Positions 23,067 through 34,821 of a stretch of DNA of 64,000 nt are shown here, one piece after another. Position 1 is the first letter of the stretch. Each line of letters begins with the position of its first letter. The notes beneath the pieces are model-generated. The model was not told the origin of the DNA and did no database searches. It saw only the letters and a list, made by a program, of their open reading frames with translations. Source of the DNA: Centroscyllium fabricii (lineage: Eukaryota); assembly GCA_051313645.2 (NCBI GenBank), contig JBNRSN020000006.1, positions 156,054,001-156,118,000 on the forward strand. Direction: 5' to 3'. Both the position numbers and the translations under genes were made by a program.

Positions 23067-24969
23067 TGGGAACAGGGTCACTAAGGGATGGACAAGATAG
23101 TACCACAGGCAATGATAGAGCGATGGCAGAGATATTAAATAATTACTTTGCTTCAGTATTCAGATAGAACAGGTGGAGTTGACATCGGATGGTGAGATTA
23201 TTAATGAGATAACTGCATTTAAATAAAAAGTGGAGAATTATTAGCTAAACTAATGAAACTCAAAGAGGATAAAATCCCTGGTTCAGACGAATTACATCCA
23301 TGCATTTTAACAGAATTTAGGGAAGATATAGCAGAGGCATTACTACACTTATTTAATAATTTGTTACAAAAAGGTGTAGTGCCAAAGGACTGGTGCATAG
23401 CTAACATAATACCTATATTTAAGAAGGGAGATAGACCATGTCCAGGGAACTATAGACCAGTCAGCTTAACGTTGGTGTTGGAAAAATAATGGAATCTCTC
23501 CTAAAGGAGAAATGGAAGAACATAGAAACCAAAAATATAATAATTAATAGTCAGCATGGATTTCAAATGGGAAAGTCTTGCTTGACCAACCTCACTGAAT
23601 TTTTTGAAGAAGTAACAGAGAGAGTAGACAAGGGTAACACTGTAGATGTAATTTACCTAGATTTTCAAAAGGCCTTTGATAAGGTATCACATAATAGACT
23701 AGTGAATAAGGTCAGAGAATGCAGAATCAGAGGATTAGTAGCAGAATGGGTAGATGGCTGGCTTCAAGACAGAAAGCATAGAGTAGGGATAAAGGGTAGC
23801 TATTCACTGTGGCAGAAAGTGAGAAGTGGTGTTCCACAAGGATCAGTGCTGGGACCACTGTTGTTCAGAATTTATATTAATGATTTAGACTTTGTAATCA
23901 AAAACATAAATTTCTAAATTTGCAGATGACACCAAATTGGGGGTGGGGGTTGGGGGGAGATAGTCAATAATGAGGAGGACTGCAACAAATTACAAGAAGA
24001 CATTAATAAAATTGCAGAATGGGCATATAATTGGCAAATGAAATGTGAGGTATTACATGTTGGTAAGAAAAATAAGGAGGTCACATATTACTTGGGAAAT
24101 AAGAATCTAAATGAGGTCGAGGAGCAAAGGGATCTCAGAGTACAAATACACAAATCACTAAAAGTATCGACACAGGTTAACAAGGCCATAAAATAGCAAA
24201 GTAAGCACTAGGGTTTATTTCTAAAGGGATAGAATTGAAAAGTAGTGAAGTTATACTAAACCTGTGTCGAACCTTGGTTAGACCACACTTGGAGTACTGC
24301 GTACAATTCTGGTCACCATATTATAAAAAGGATATAGAGGCTCTGGAGAGGGTGCAGGGAAGATTTACAAGGATGATACCAGAAATGCGAGGGTATACCT
24401 ATCAGGAAAGCATGAACAGTCTGGGTTTCTCTTGAAAAGAGAAGGCTGAGGGGTGACCTAATAGAGGTCTTTAAAATCATGAAAGGTTTTGATAGAGTGG
24501 ATACAGAGAGAATGTTTCCACTTGTGGGGAAGAACAAAACTCGAGGCCATCAATATAAGATAGTCACCAAGAAATCAAAAAGGGAATTCAGAAGAAACCT
24601 CTTTACCCAGAGATTGGTGATAATGTGGAACTCACTACCACAGGGAGTGGTTGAGGCAATAGTATAGATGCATTTAAGGAGCGGTTAGATAATCATATGT
24701 GGGAGAAGGGAATAGAGGGAAATGCTGATAGAGTTAGATGAGGAAAGACGGGAAGAAGCTCGAGTGGAGCATAAACACTGACTTTTTGAACCGAATGGCC
24801 TGTTTCTGTGCTGTATACACTATGTAATCCTATGTAAAACAGCCTGGCAATACTAATTGCCAATGCTCACATATTAATATCAGTGGGCACCTGGCACCTG
24901 TAGATGTGTGTCTACAGGCGAGGAGATGGGGAGAAATTTGGCAAAGAAATAAAAGTAAAACTTCCTTAC

Positions 24970-25141
24970 CAAGCTCCACATCCTGGTCGTCTGTAATAAT
25001 AAGAATAATGTTGGGTCTGATGTTTCTCCGGTCACGCTGCACACGTCCTTTAAACCGCTGTGGTTTTAAGCTTGAGCCGAGGACTCCTATCAATTCAGCA
25101 CTCAGCACGACCAAAAGCAGAATAACTGGCGAGATTTTCAT
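24970..25141 (-). CDS. SULF1: First coding exon of extracellular sulfatase Sulf-1 (heparan sulfate 6-O-endosulfatase); downstream exons not recognised in window
   Basis: Translation [58 protein letters not shown] is a signal peptide followed by the SULF-family motif [17 protein letters not shown]. It is co-linear and the same length as the human SULF1 N-terminus as I recall it (MKYS...ELLG...PRFRGR). Phase-1 donor G|GTAAGG at 24970/24969 (172 coding nt). Acceptor with pyrimidine tract ...tttaattacAG places the exon start at about 25214. SULF2 is not fully excluded (QRDRRN is SULF2-like). Confidence 0.9.
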
Positions 25142-28100
25142 TATGTCAGTTCGTTTGAGATCACAATAAGGAAAACAAGTGTATCTTTGATTTCACCGCC
25201 TCTTACCAAGTGATCTGTAATTAAAGTGGAACAAATTAGAAGAGTAAGCTTGAATAAAATGAAACTTATGAACTACATGAAAAGGTTAATAGCATCTTAA
25301 AATGAAGACATTTTCGGGAGTTTCAAGCTTTTTTAACCACAAAAGAGTTGCCTTTGAAAGTGATCATTTTATTAAACAGCAGCTGTGATGTGAGATGCTG
25401 TATATAAAAAAACACCACAAGAAACAAGAAACAGGAATAGACATTGCAAAATGTCTATTACAGAAAATCTTTGTCAGGTTGCAGTGACACTGAAACACGG
25501 CACCGGCCAGTGCAGAGCTACAGCAGAGAATTGAGTTACTCCTTAGACCAAGATGAAGCCAGGAAATAGGTTACATATGTTTCAGAGTAATTAACTAAAA
25601 ATATTCACGATTCACTGAACAATTCTCTTTTTTAACCAAACACTTGAAAAATGTATCACTTTTATGAATCTATAGCTATGGATGGCTATGATCTTACAAT
25701 GAAATACTTAATAAGCGGTGGTAACTGGAATCTTCAGAAGGTCTTTGATATTCAGTGTCAGAACCCCGGTTTTGCACCTGCACAACATCTGTACTTTCAA
25801 TGGAGCACAAATAACTTGTTTCATGGCTCAAGTCCAATCACGCAGTGATGAACACTCTGAAACTACCTTCCCCACAAGTGACAGTGATCGCCTTTCTCCA
25901 TATTACTGAAACCTTCAACTGTACATCACCCAGCAACGATCCAGTCAACATGAACTCACAATGCATTGAACTTTTGCTGAGCTCCTGTCATTTTAAGGTA
26001 ACGTGCAGACTCTACACACATATATGCACACTCGCATATATATATACACACATGCAATAATCAGAGCTCCCTCAGCTTCTACCATTCAAAGAGCCTTAGT
26101 TCCATGAGTCCGAATATGCGCAGGAGGGGGGAAGGCGGCTGATTTAGCCACAATCCATCTAAATCCATCTGCTACAGAATTGATTGATGGGGCCTAAGAC
26201 CAAAGGTAACTTACTCCACTTTGACATTTCCTGCATTCAGCTGTCACGCTGGCAGCTTTACACATTTAAGAATTCAGTTGGATTGAAAACTGAATGCTTG
26301 TATAGTTCAAAGTGATTAGTGACTTACTAAAAGACTATTTAACAAAGACATTTAAGGCCAGTACGCACATTTATACCACTTCCGTTCAAAAGGCAGAAGT
26401 CCATTATAATTTAACATTTGCAAGCATAGTAATTAGGAGATGGCACATGAGATTCTCAATCAAATGGTCTAAATGAACATTTAATGAGTTTCATCAGAAG
26501 ACCGGGTTCTCACACCTGGGATTTTGCCCTTGTGCTCTAGTATGAATAGCCATTATTACAGCAGCCAGCGCTGAGAGATCAAAGCTACTTAAATAAAAGG
26601 AAAAGAAAACAGACAGCTTGTACCAAGAACACCATTATTAAAAAAAATTGATGCCAGCATACGTGTAATTGCAGCAGAGTGCATTACTGAAAGAGATGAC
26701 CTGATTCATTAAGACAGCAAAAGAAAAATCTCTCCATCTTTGTGGATTCTCCGTTACCTTTAGTTCTTTTTAACGGAATTTCAAACCCAGGAAGTTTTAC
26801 AGTAGGAAGTCTGTAAAGGTTCTGAAAATCTGGAACACATTATTTTTACAGCTGCATTACTAAGTAGCACTGCATGCAGTAGCTATTGCAGGGCTGCTCA
26901 CTGCCCATTCTACAAGCTTCAGTGGTCAAGCAGACTGCCTTGCACTTAATGGTTAAGTGATTGATGCTAGTGGCTTTTATACAGTATAGCAACTGCTTGA
27001 GTAATGAACACAGCAGTCGGGGCAAGACACAACAGTGTCCTAGAAGTCTTTAAATGCATAAAGGAAGGGATAAAAATCTATTAAATGTTTAAAAAAAATT
27101 CAACATGGTATCTCCTAACATAGAGAGTGGGTGTTAAATTCTACATTTAATGTCGCTATCTGTGTGAAAGTACTGTTGGTGGAAACTGCTCTGCAAAAAA
27201 CAACCACTTTAAAGTGTTAAAGCATTCACTTGATGGTTTGTGATGATAAATAAAAGCACACATACACTATTGCTGCACATTATTCTACTGTAAGAGCTAT
27301 ACTGTGGCCGCAGCCAAGGCAAGATTAGCAGTTTACTACTGTACAAGACAATTCCGAAAACCTTCACTTAAGACAGCTTTACAATAACACAAAGAAGTAT
27401 TTTCAGCATAAATCTGGACTGCAAAAAAAGCCCGGTAAATGTCAGTACAGTACTCACAATTTACCAAGATGCTGAGAAAACTAAGTGTAAGATTCTTCAA
27501 TAACACTTACTCTAAGAAAATAAACCAGGCTTCTGGAAATGAAACCCTCAGTCGCTGGGTGAGCTGGGCCTCACTGCCTGCATTTAGTGATGGACAGCAA
27601 ACTTTGCAGACACTGTTGACCCAACTACTGCAGTTATTCAAACTGCATTGCGTAAACACTGGCACCAATGACTTTAAATAAACCCCCACAGTATGCAGTT
27701 GCAAATGCCAGACAATCATACCTCAGTGACAATGCGAAAGAAAGGAACATCATTGCCAAAGCAACTGGCTTTAGGCTTTCTAATTCAGCTGTACTGTTCT
27801 GCAGCCTGACGCATCATTTCTGAGCTGGAGGAGAGCCAGAGATACCTGGGATGAAGTTGTTCAGCTGTGAGAGACGAAGATCCATATCACTCATCTTCAA
27901 GCATGGACAATTCTCCATTCAGTGCTGACCTTTTCAAACCTGACATCCCCACACAGACTAGTTTCCTGCTGCAGTAGGAAATAAAGCTGCAGAATTAATA
28001 CTGACAAAGTGTTGTGCTTGTCTTCAGGGACAAGAATGTCAGTATTTTTGTGCAGGATCCTATGAAACAGCCTTCTGGCACTTCACAAGTCTCTGAAACC

Positions 28101-28594
28101 CATTCCCTTAAATGACAGCAGAAACACTGATGGCTTGTCAAACAATGGCCTTGCAGCTAGAAAATTTACTCAAAAATCAAGTCAGTGATGGACAGATAAC
28201 AGTATCGCAACAATCTGAGGTAATTCTGCCAACACTGCACTGTAATTATTTACTGCTGTCTCATCCAAACAATATACCTAGTTACAGAATTTGTTCACAA
28301 ACCTTAGCAACCACCAAGGTCACTGTTCTACCTCACATACAATGAGATATTACATTGTAATGTACTCCCATTTTTCCAAAAACTATATATTTTTTAATAC
28401 TTTTTAAAAACACTTCAATCATCCTTTGTTCTTTGAAGCTTATCTTATATGTCAAGCTTTTGGAGAAAAACATATTGCACTTTTAATAGGAAAAGCCTCA
28501 TTGATTGTAGCAGCAAAACCCAATACATACATAAACACCCTATGTGTGAAATACCTAGTACCTGTACCCTGTACTGCTCAAACCTAATATTTCA

Positions 28595-29242
28595 GGGGAA
28601 AATTCAGTTGCTTTTCGGCTCCGGTTTAAGGAGTGCTAATGGAGCACAAAGCTCCTAGCGCCCGAGTGTGGCGCCGCTGATACCTCCCGCAAAAATCAGT
28701 GGGAGGTTAGGAGCGGCGGTAGCTGGTAGCGCCCTGTGGCGCTGCGCCTCCGGCAATGACGTCAATGCCGTGCACAGCATCCCGGCCGCAACCTTGGCTC
28801 GCGCCCTCTGACCTACCACCGGACGCTGTGTCCGACAGGGTCAGGATGCTGCATTTGTGCCTAGGATGGTGCAAATTTAAGGGCAGGTGCCGGGCGGCCA
28901 AATTTTTGGGGGGCGTCTACCAGCGCCTGCTTCCTTTCGCCTCCTCCTGCGGGGTGCCGGCCGCAATCGGTCAGCCCAGCACTCCTCGTGAGTGCCAGGC
29001 TCTTTTGCCGGCACCCCGCTCCCCGGTGATCCAGAAGGGTCCTGGTGCGCACTGCGCTAGGTCCCTCCCCTTTAATCAGGGGAGGCAAGCCTGTAGTACC
29101 ATGGCGCGACGTGCCAACGCGCATGGTGCTGCGCAGTGCAACGTAGCGCCGTGATCTTCAATGAGAGCACCGCAAGAGAGAAGGGGAGCGTTTCCCCGGC
29201 AAAGTTAGCGCCCCAAAGGGGGCACGACCCAATTTTTGTTCC
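28595..29242. mobile_element. Harbinger-type MITE (reverse orientation of the 6860/12014 family)
   Basis: GGGGAAAATT...AATTTTTGTTCC termini; interior is the reverse complement of 6860-7521. Confidence 0.72.
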
Positions 29243-30107
29243 TTTGTACCTTAAAGGGGCACACACCTCATGAAAAATATTTGGGATAACTGTTTTTTTT
29301 GTTTTTTATGGACTGAGAACAACATATGTAATCTTAGTTGTGATGGGTTGAAGAATGGAACAGGATTTTCCTGTTGACAAGTAATGCCCACTGCTGCAAG
29401 GCTGGTTTGCTGAAATCTGGAGAAAAGCCCAAGTTTTATTGCTTCATTATTGTCATTAGCAACTTCCCTTATTGTATTTACAAGCAGTTTTCTTTCATTC
29501 CTTTGACTCACAATTATATCACAAAAACAGAATGAAGTGTATTACCTAAGATAACTCCATCCCAAATAAAGTCCCCCGTTCATTTTTGATTTAAAATTTC
29601 TTCCCCAGCTCAAGTTTCACCATGACATGTACCATTTACTGGCTGAGAACGTGGGCAGTCAATGTATTGTCCAGTCACTGGTAATGTTAAACTGGAAGCC
29701 AAGAAGTGCTCAGGAGCAATGTTTGCACAGCGCTCTGGAGGTCCCGCGCAGGCCGCTTGCCAGCTTCACAATGGAAAAACCGCACATATGTAGAAATTTA
29801 AATGGTCCGCTCAAAACATTAGTGGGTACATTGCTCAGGAAGTGTCAGAAAATGGTGTTCCACCATTTTTCCTTCTCTCCAAAGCAAAATTCTAACAACC
29901 ACCCCCTCCCCACCTCCCACCAAGAGACAGTATGACTGAGATTGTTGTACAAGAAACGTACATTGGAAAGAGCTGGCACAGACATCTTGGGCCGAATGGC
30001 CTCCTTTTCTGCTGTGAACTCCTGTGGATCAATGGTTTAGTTTGCCCAGATATAGGAAATCCTGAAGTCGTGGAAATGTATATATGCAAGTTCTTTCTTA
30101 ACAATAG

Positions 30108-30236
30108 CAAAATACTGCACAGGCTGGAAATCTGAAATAACAACAGAAAATACTGGAAACACTCAGCAGGCCAGGCAGCATCCGTGGAGAGAGAAACAGA
30201 GTTAATGTTTCAGGTCTGTGAACCTTCGTCAGAGCT
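30108..30236 (-). mobile_element. Second short hammerhead-bearing repeat family, probably Penelope-derived (other copies about 45722-45812 and 50941-51018)
   Basis: Minus strand reads CTGACGA-AGGTT-CACA-GACCT-GAAA-CATT-AAC; three similar copies of cagaaaatgctggaaatactcagcagg...gtttcaggt in the window. Confidence 0.65.
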
Positions 30237-31622
30237 ATTAGCAAGAAAATCAACAAACTAATCTGATCTGCGTTCAAAGGACTCCAATTGAACTTTTGAC
30301 TACTTACCATTATTTAAACCTGAATTAAAATGAAACAAGCAAAATCCCCACACATTTGTAACAGAAGAAACAACATAAGGCACTGTAAATATTGCAAATG
30401 TCTTTTTAATGGATCATTAAACCAACAGAAGATTAGAATCTGGTGTTTTGCTGATGTGCAAAATGTCCAGTGCAGACCTGTAACTAAAGGATGCCACAGG
30501 AAACTATTTTAATTCCTTCCGCCTAGCGGAAACTGGGTCGCAGTGGAGTTAACACACCACTCGGTAAATTCTTGGGGTGGGGTGGGGAAGAGGGGGGCAA
30601 GAAGAAAACGTCTAAAGACGTAAATGTTAAAATTGTTTTTGTGGAGTCAGGAGTAGCTCCAGACGCCACTAGAATAATGTGGGCCAATGTCGTCTGAGCT
30701 CCTCGCCCTTTCCCCCTCCCCCATGATTGTAACCTCCCAAGTTCCTGGGCCGCCTCATATTGCCCTGGCCCAGTGCTGCCGAGCTGCATTGGACGTCTGC
30801 TCTGGCTCTGCAGTTTGCTGCGTGTATGTTAATGAAGCCCAGCCCTCGAATTGAACTGATCTCCTACAGGCCAAATGGAAATTAAAGTACTCCCTCATAA
30901 ATCTACCCACTGTCTAAATTTACTAATTGCACCTTAAGATACAATTTGGCATTACATATGTGTGGTTTTTGCAACTATATCAAATATTCTTCCTTTCCAA
31001 TGCTCTCCACCTTCTCTCCTTCCACCCTCGACCCTGCCAAAGGTCGAGAGCGGAAGAAGAGGAAATCTAGGCTTGAGTGTTGGCAAGCTATTTGACGGTG
31101 AGGAGAATGGGAGATGAGTCTTATCTGGTCTTCCCTAATGGCCACAAATGTACAATGCATAGTGATTGAGAGCTTGCACCTGGCTGATCTTTTCCCCTCC
31201 CTCGCCCTTACATGCGGAGTCCAGCCACTGCACTGATAAAGATCATTACTCAGCATAACACCATGGGCTGCATTTACCCACTGAACCATCAAGGTGAACG
31301 AAAGAATATATTTCCGATTCATTTTTCTGCAACATCAAGGATCTTGAGTGACTGGGAGGTGGAGTTGAGGCTTATTCCTCTCCTCGGGAAGAGAAGAAAT
31401 AAAGCTAGATGTTTCTGTGGAGAGTGAGAGACAGAGATGAAAGATGGAAGGTGAAGTGCTGTTGCAGGCTTGTACTATTTTTACTGGTTATTATTAAATA
31501 CACTGCATTAGGGTTAGGGTTATATACAGAGCTGTGTTCAGATCTTTGACTGGAGAAAGATGGGGTGCCTGTTATCCAGTGCTTATATGGATCTTTATAG
31601 ATTGAAAAACAAAAGATTCTCT

Positions 31623-33620
31623 GGCCGTGATTTTGTCGATCCAAACGGGTTTAGTGCAGCTGGGATCGGTGGTGGGGTGCGACCCCGCTGCTGGCTCCAG
31701 CCTGCACTGTGAAATGAATTTTATGATGATTGGGCTTGTTAAGCCCACCCAGCACGTTTCCCGGCCAATTAGAGGAAGCAGGTCTGATTATGTCATTTGA
31801 TGATGCAACATCAGCCGGTTTCCTTAAAGGGGCCATGTCCAAATTAATTTTGACAGTTCTGCTGTCAGTGTTCTACAACATTGAGGTGCTGCAAACACTG
31901 ACAAGCACGGCACAGAGGTGCACGGTTGCACCCAGGCTCTCCCATGACTCAGTCACAGCAAATAGGGAGGTTCTCTTCCCTTCCCAAGAGCAGAAGAGGC
32001 CTCCCCAGGAGATCAATGCAGTCTGGTTGCATGATGCACGTTGCAGAGGAGGACACAAGCAGGGATGTTGTCAGGAGGACCAGGCTGCAGTGGCATCAAC
32101 ATTTCAATGATCTCATTAGATCACAAAACGTTACTGCAAAGCCACACTCAACCTCATCCTGCTGTACCACTCATCACATCCCCATCACGCTGCATTCCCT
32201 ACGCTACTCCTGCACATCCTTACTCACACCAACATACCTGATGTGCCATCAATAACTCCCAAAAGACTAAGAGTTAAACTAATAACAAGTAGGCTTTTAT
32301 TAACAAAAGAATACGAGCAAGCCTCTGCTGGTAGACCGATCCTTAAAGCCAGGGGGACTGGAGGTCAATCCACTTTATACCTGGGCTTAGGGGTGGAGCC
32401 AGGGGCGGAGCCAGCTGAGGCATGCCCAGACATGTTCTGTACAGGCAGATTAGTGGTTTACCACAATACCTTGCACATTCACCCATCCCTCTCTATCTAC
32501 ATTATCACTTCCCCATTTCACTCGCCATCCCTCACATTCACCCTCATCCTAGTCCAATCATACCAACTAACAACACACAAAGGTAGGCACTTAGGTGTTT
32601 TAGCCAATGTTCATGTGAAGTTTCTGTTAATGGCTGTCAAACATTGAAATATTTATTTTCAACACTTTGCATTTTTGGACAGATTTGTGTGCACCTTTGG
32701 AAGTGGCTTAGTGAGTTGCAGTGAATGGTGAGACATAACGGTACCCCCCCCCCCCCCGCAATGGTGATGCGTGTGAAAGGAATGGCTTGTGCATTGCAGG
32801 GATGCTTTATGGTGTTGGTGTGAGGTGGTGTCAACCTGGCACTTCATGTGGCAACCAGGGTGTACAGCATCAAGTGAAGTAAATCTGGCCATGGTGAAGC
32901 CATCCTGGCATCCCGGGCAGCAATGTGGTTGGGTGCTGATGCCCTCTGTCCTGTGCAGCACCAGCTGATTGCGGAGAAGTTTGGTGTTGTTTTTGGTGCT
33001 GCTGGTGTGCCTGGTGCTGCTGGTGTTGGGGCTGATCGTGGTGGGATTCTGAGCACCACGGTGAGGTTTTTTCAAGGGCACCGATGCTGATGTAATAGAT
33101 GGCAGGTGAAGTTGAGATGACAGAAGTAATCTGTCAGTGGTGAGAGAGTTTGTTCCAATGAGGTGACACTGTATAGAGAGTTTGCTCCAAACACTTGTAA
33201 CCTGCATAAAGCTCAACCTGTCTTCCAAATGCAGTGAGCAACAGCTTCTAACCTTGGAAAGTGAACAGCTGTGAGATGGGAGCTTTTATAGCACATTTGC
33301 AGCTGTCAAGTTTAGAAATCATCCCATGCTGACACAACTCACGACCTCCTGACTTGATGTGATCCCCGAGCAGCAGGGAAGCCATTGGCGAACTCTAAAA
33401 ATCGAAAGGTGAGCTTAAAATACTACTTAATTGCCTCTTAACTATCTCTCTAATGATGTCAACTGCCTCCTCTGCCGCTTGGTGTCGGGTCTGTTCAGTA
33501 TTGACAGACCCGACATCTGGGAGACTAGGAGACAGGTTGACAGTGGGTTCCTTACCCGCTGTCAAAAAAATAATTCGCAGTCGACCTATCACCAAACTGA
33601 CCCCCCGAAAGAGTCACCCC
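31623..33620 (+). mobile_element. Degenerate non-autonomous Harbinger derivative with Myb/SANT exon relic
   Basis: Relic peptide APRLSHDS..ANREVLFPSQEQKRPPQE..W..RRTRLQW..FNDLIRS is homologous to exon 1 at 15164; paralogous to 286-1485. Confidence 0.72.
32239..32465 (-). mobile_element. Short solo LTR (227 bp)
   Basis: Minus strand TGTGGTAA...ACATCA, exact 5-bp TSD ATACC; absent from the paralogous site at about 700; TATAAA and AATAAA on the minus strand. Confidence 0.82.
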
Positions 33621-33766
33621 AATCTTTCCTTTTGGAAATGCTCAAATGATATAAACAGTCAATATGGCCAGCCATATAAAATATAAATTGATGTGTTCTT
33701 GAGATTAAGCACAATTCAATGTTAATTTCATCATTTTTAAATTGTGTGGGTAGCCTCAATTGTGGA

Positions 33767-33862
33767 TATGTTTATCATATTGTATGTTTAGCATATTTTA
33801 TGTTTATCATATTGTATGTTTACCATATTTTATGTTTATCATATTGCATGTTTACCATATTG
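33767..33862. repeat. 16-bp minisatellite, 6 copies
   Basis: Unit TATGTTTA(T/G/C)CATATT(G/T). Confidence 0.85.
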
Positions 33863-34648
33863 TGACATATCCACTATTATGCCATGTGATGATGCCTTAT
33901 CAGTGAAATGTATAGAAGGTATCAAGTGCCTGCTTCCAATAACATTCTGTGCAGTTACAATAGCTTTGCTCTATTTATAATTTTTTTGCTGGTTGATGGC
34001 CAGGATACTCTATAGTTACAGTAGTATATGATAATGCCTTCAATGAAGGACTGACAATTGTGACATTGTCACTGCAAGTCTATTGTGTGATAATCCATAA
34101 TTAGGTACCAGGAAGTTGTATAAGCAGTGTATATGATATAAAGGGGAGTGGATGAGTGATGCCAGAGCGGGTTCAAGTGATATAAATTATAAGAGCTAAA
34201 TTTGAGCAGCCTGTTCATTGTCTAAACCCTCAAATTAGATTACTACAATAATTTCTGCCCAGCGTCCACCATAATACATATTATAATTACCTTTACTTTA
34301 GCCACTGCCAATTCTTCCGATTTTAGGGCCATGACATTTGACCATTATTTATTCATTTAGATGGTGAATTTAAACAAAGGAGTTCATCATCCTCTCGATA
34401 ATATGACTCATAACACACAGATTGGAGAGTGTTACAAGGCAGTACTGTAGCACATTAAGGCACAAACTGAATCCGTTTATCAACACCATCTCAACCCTTA
34501 AATGTGTTATATCCTTGAAGACTGGGTTATAATACACATAATGCACACAAGCTGGAGTTTGTGAGGGATAATTTTATTCTGTTTCCTGCGAATTATTTTT
34601 TGTTGGCAGCGTGTATCATGGCAGGTTCCTACAATCGGTTCACAGACC

Positions 34649-34821
34649 AGGTGTGAGGGCAAGTTGGCTGTGACATCTTACATCCTATCGATTGCTAGGT
34701 TTGATTCAGCTGATCCGACTGGCTAGGTGGATGCCCCCATTCCGCACAGTTCCATGCCTGTCCCTCCTGCAGCTCAATGCTTGGCTGAAGAGGAAGGCCT
34801 AATGGGTGAGGACCACTCTAC
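34649..34821 (+). pseudogene. RN7SK: 7SK snRNA-derived sequence, 5' part
   Basis: aggtgtgagggcaagttggctgtgacatct...gattgctaggtttgattcagctgatccgactggctaggtggatgccccc...ttccatg..gtccctcc..agct..gaagagga is co-linear with vertebrate 7SK as I recall it (GGATGTGAGGGCGATCTGGCTGCGACATCT...GATCGCCAGGGTTGATTCGGCTGATCTGGCTGGCTAGGCGGGTGTCCCC...). Many CpG-decay changes. Confidence 0.85.

Larger units (their letters stand above)
20860..24835 (+). mobile_element. Older CR1 LINE with nested MITE, Penelope fragment and SINE
   Basis: GITETWL (endonuclease), [47 protein letters not shown]; tail ...ctatgtaatcctatgtaa. Confidence 0.9.

Noticed and set aside
24830-24969. C-terminal 45 aa of the 103-aa ORF after DVELG
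   Set aside because: Read-through into the intron past a canonical GTAAGG donor; SULF similarity stops there.
34649-34821. Functional 7SK gene
   Set aside because: Interrupted by a transposon, lacks the 3' hairpin and terminator, has a mutated first GATC, and shows no evident upstream PSE/TATA.
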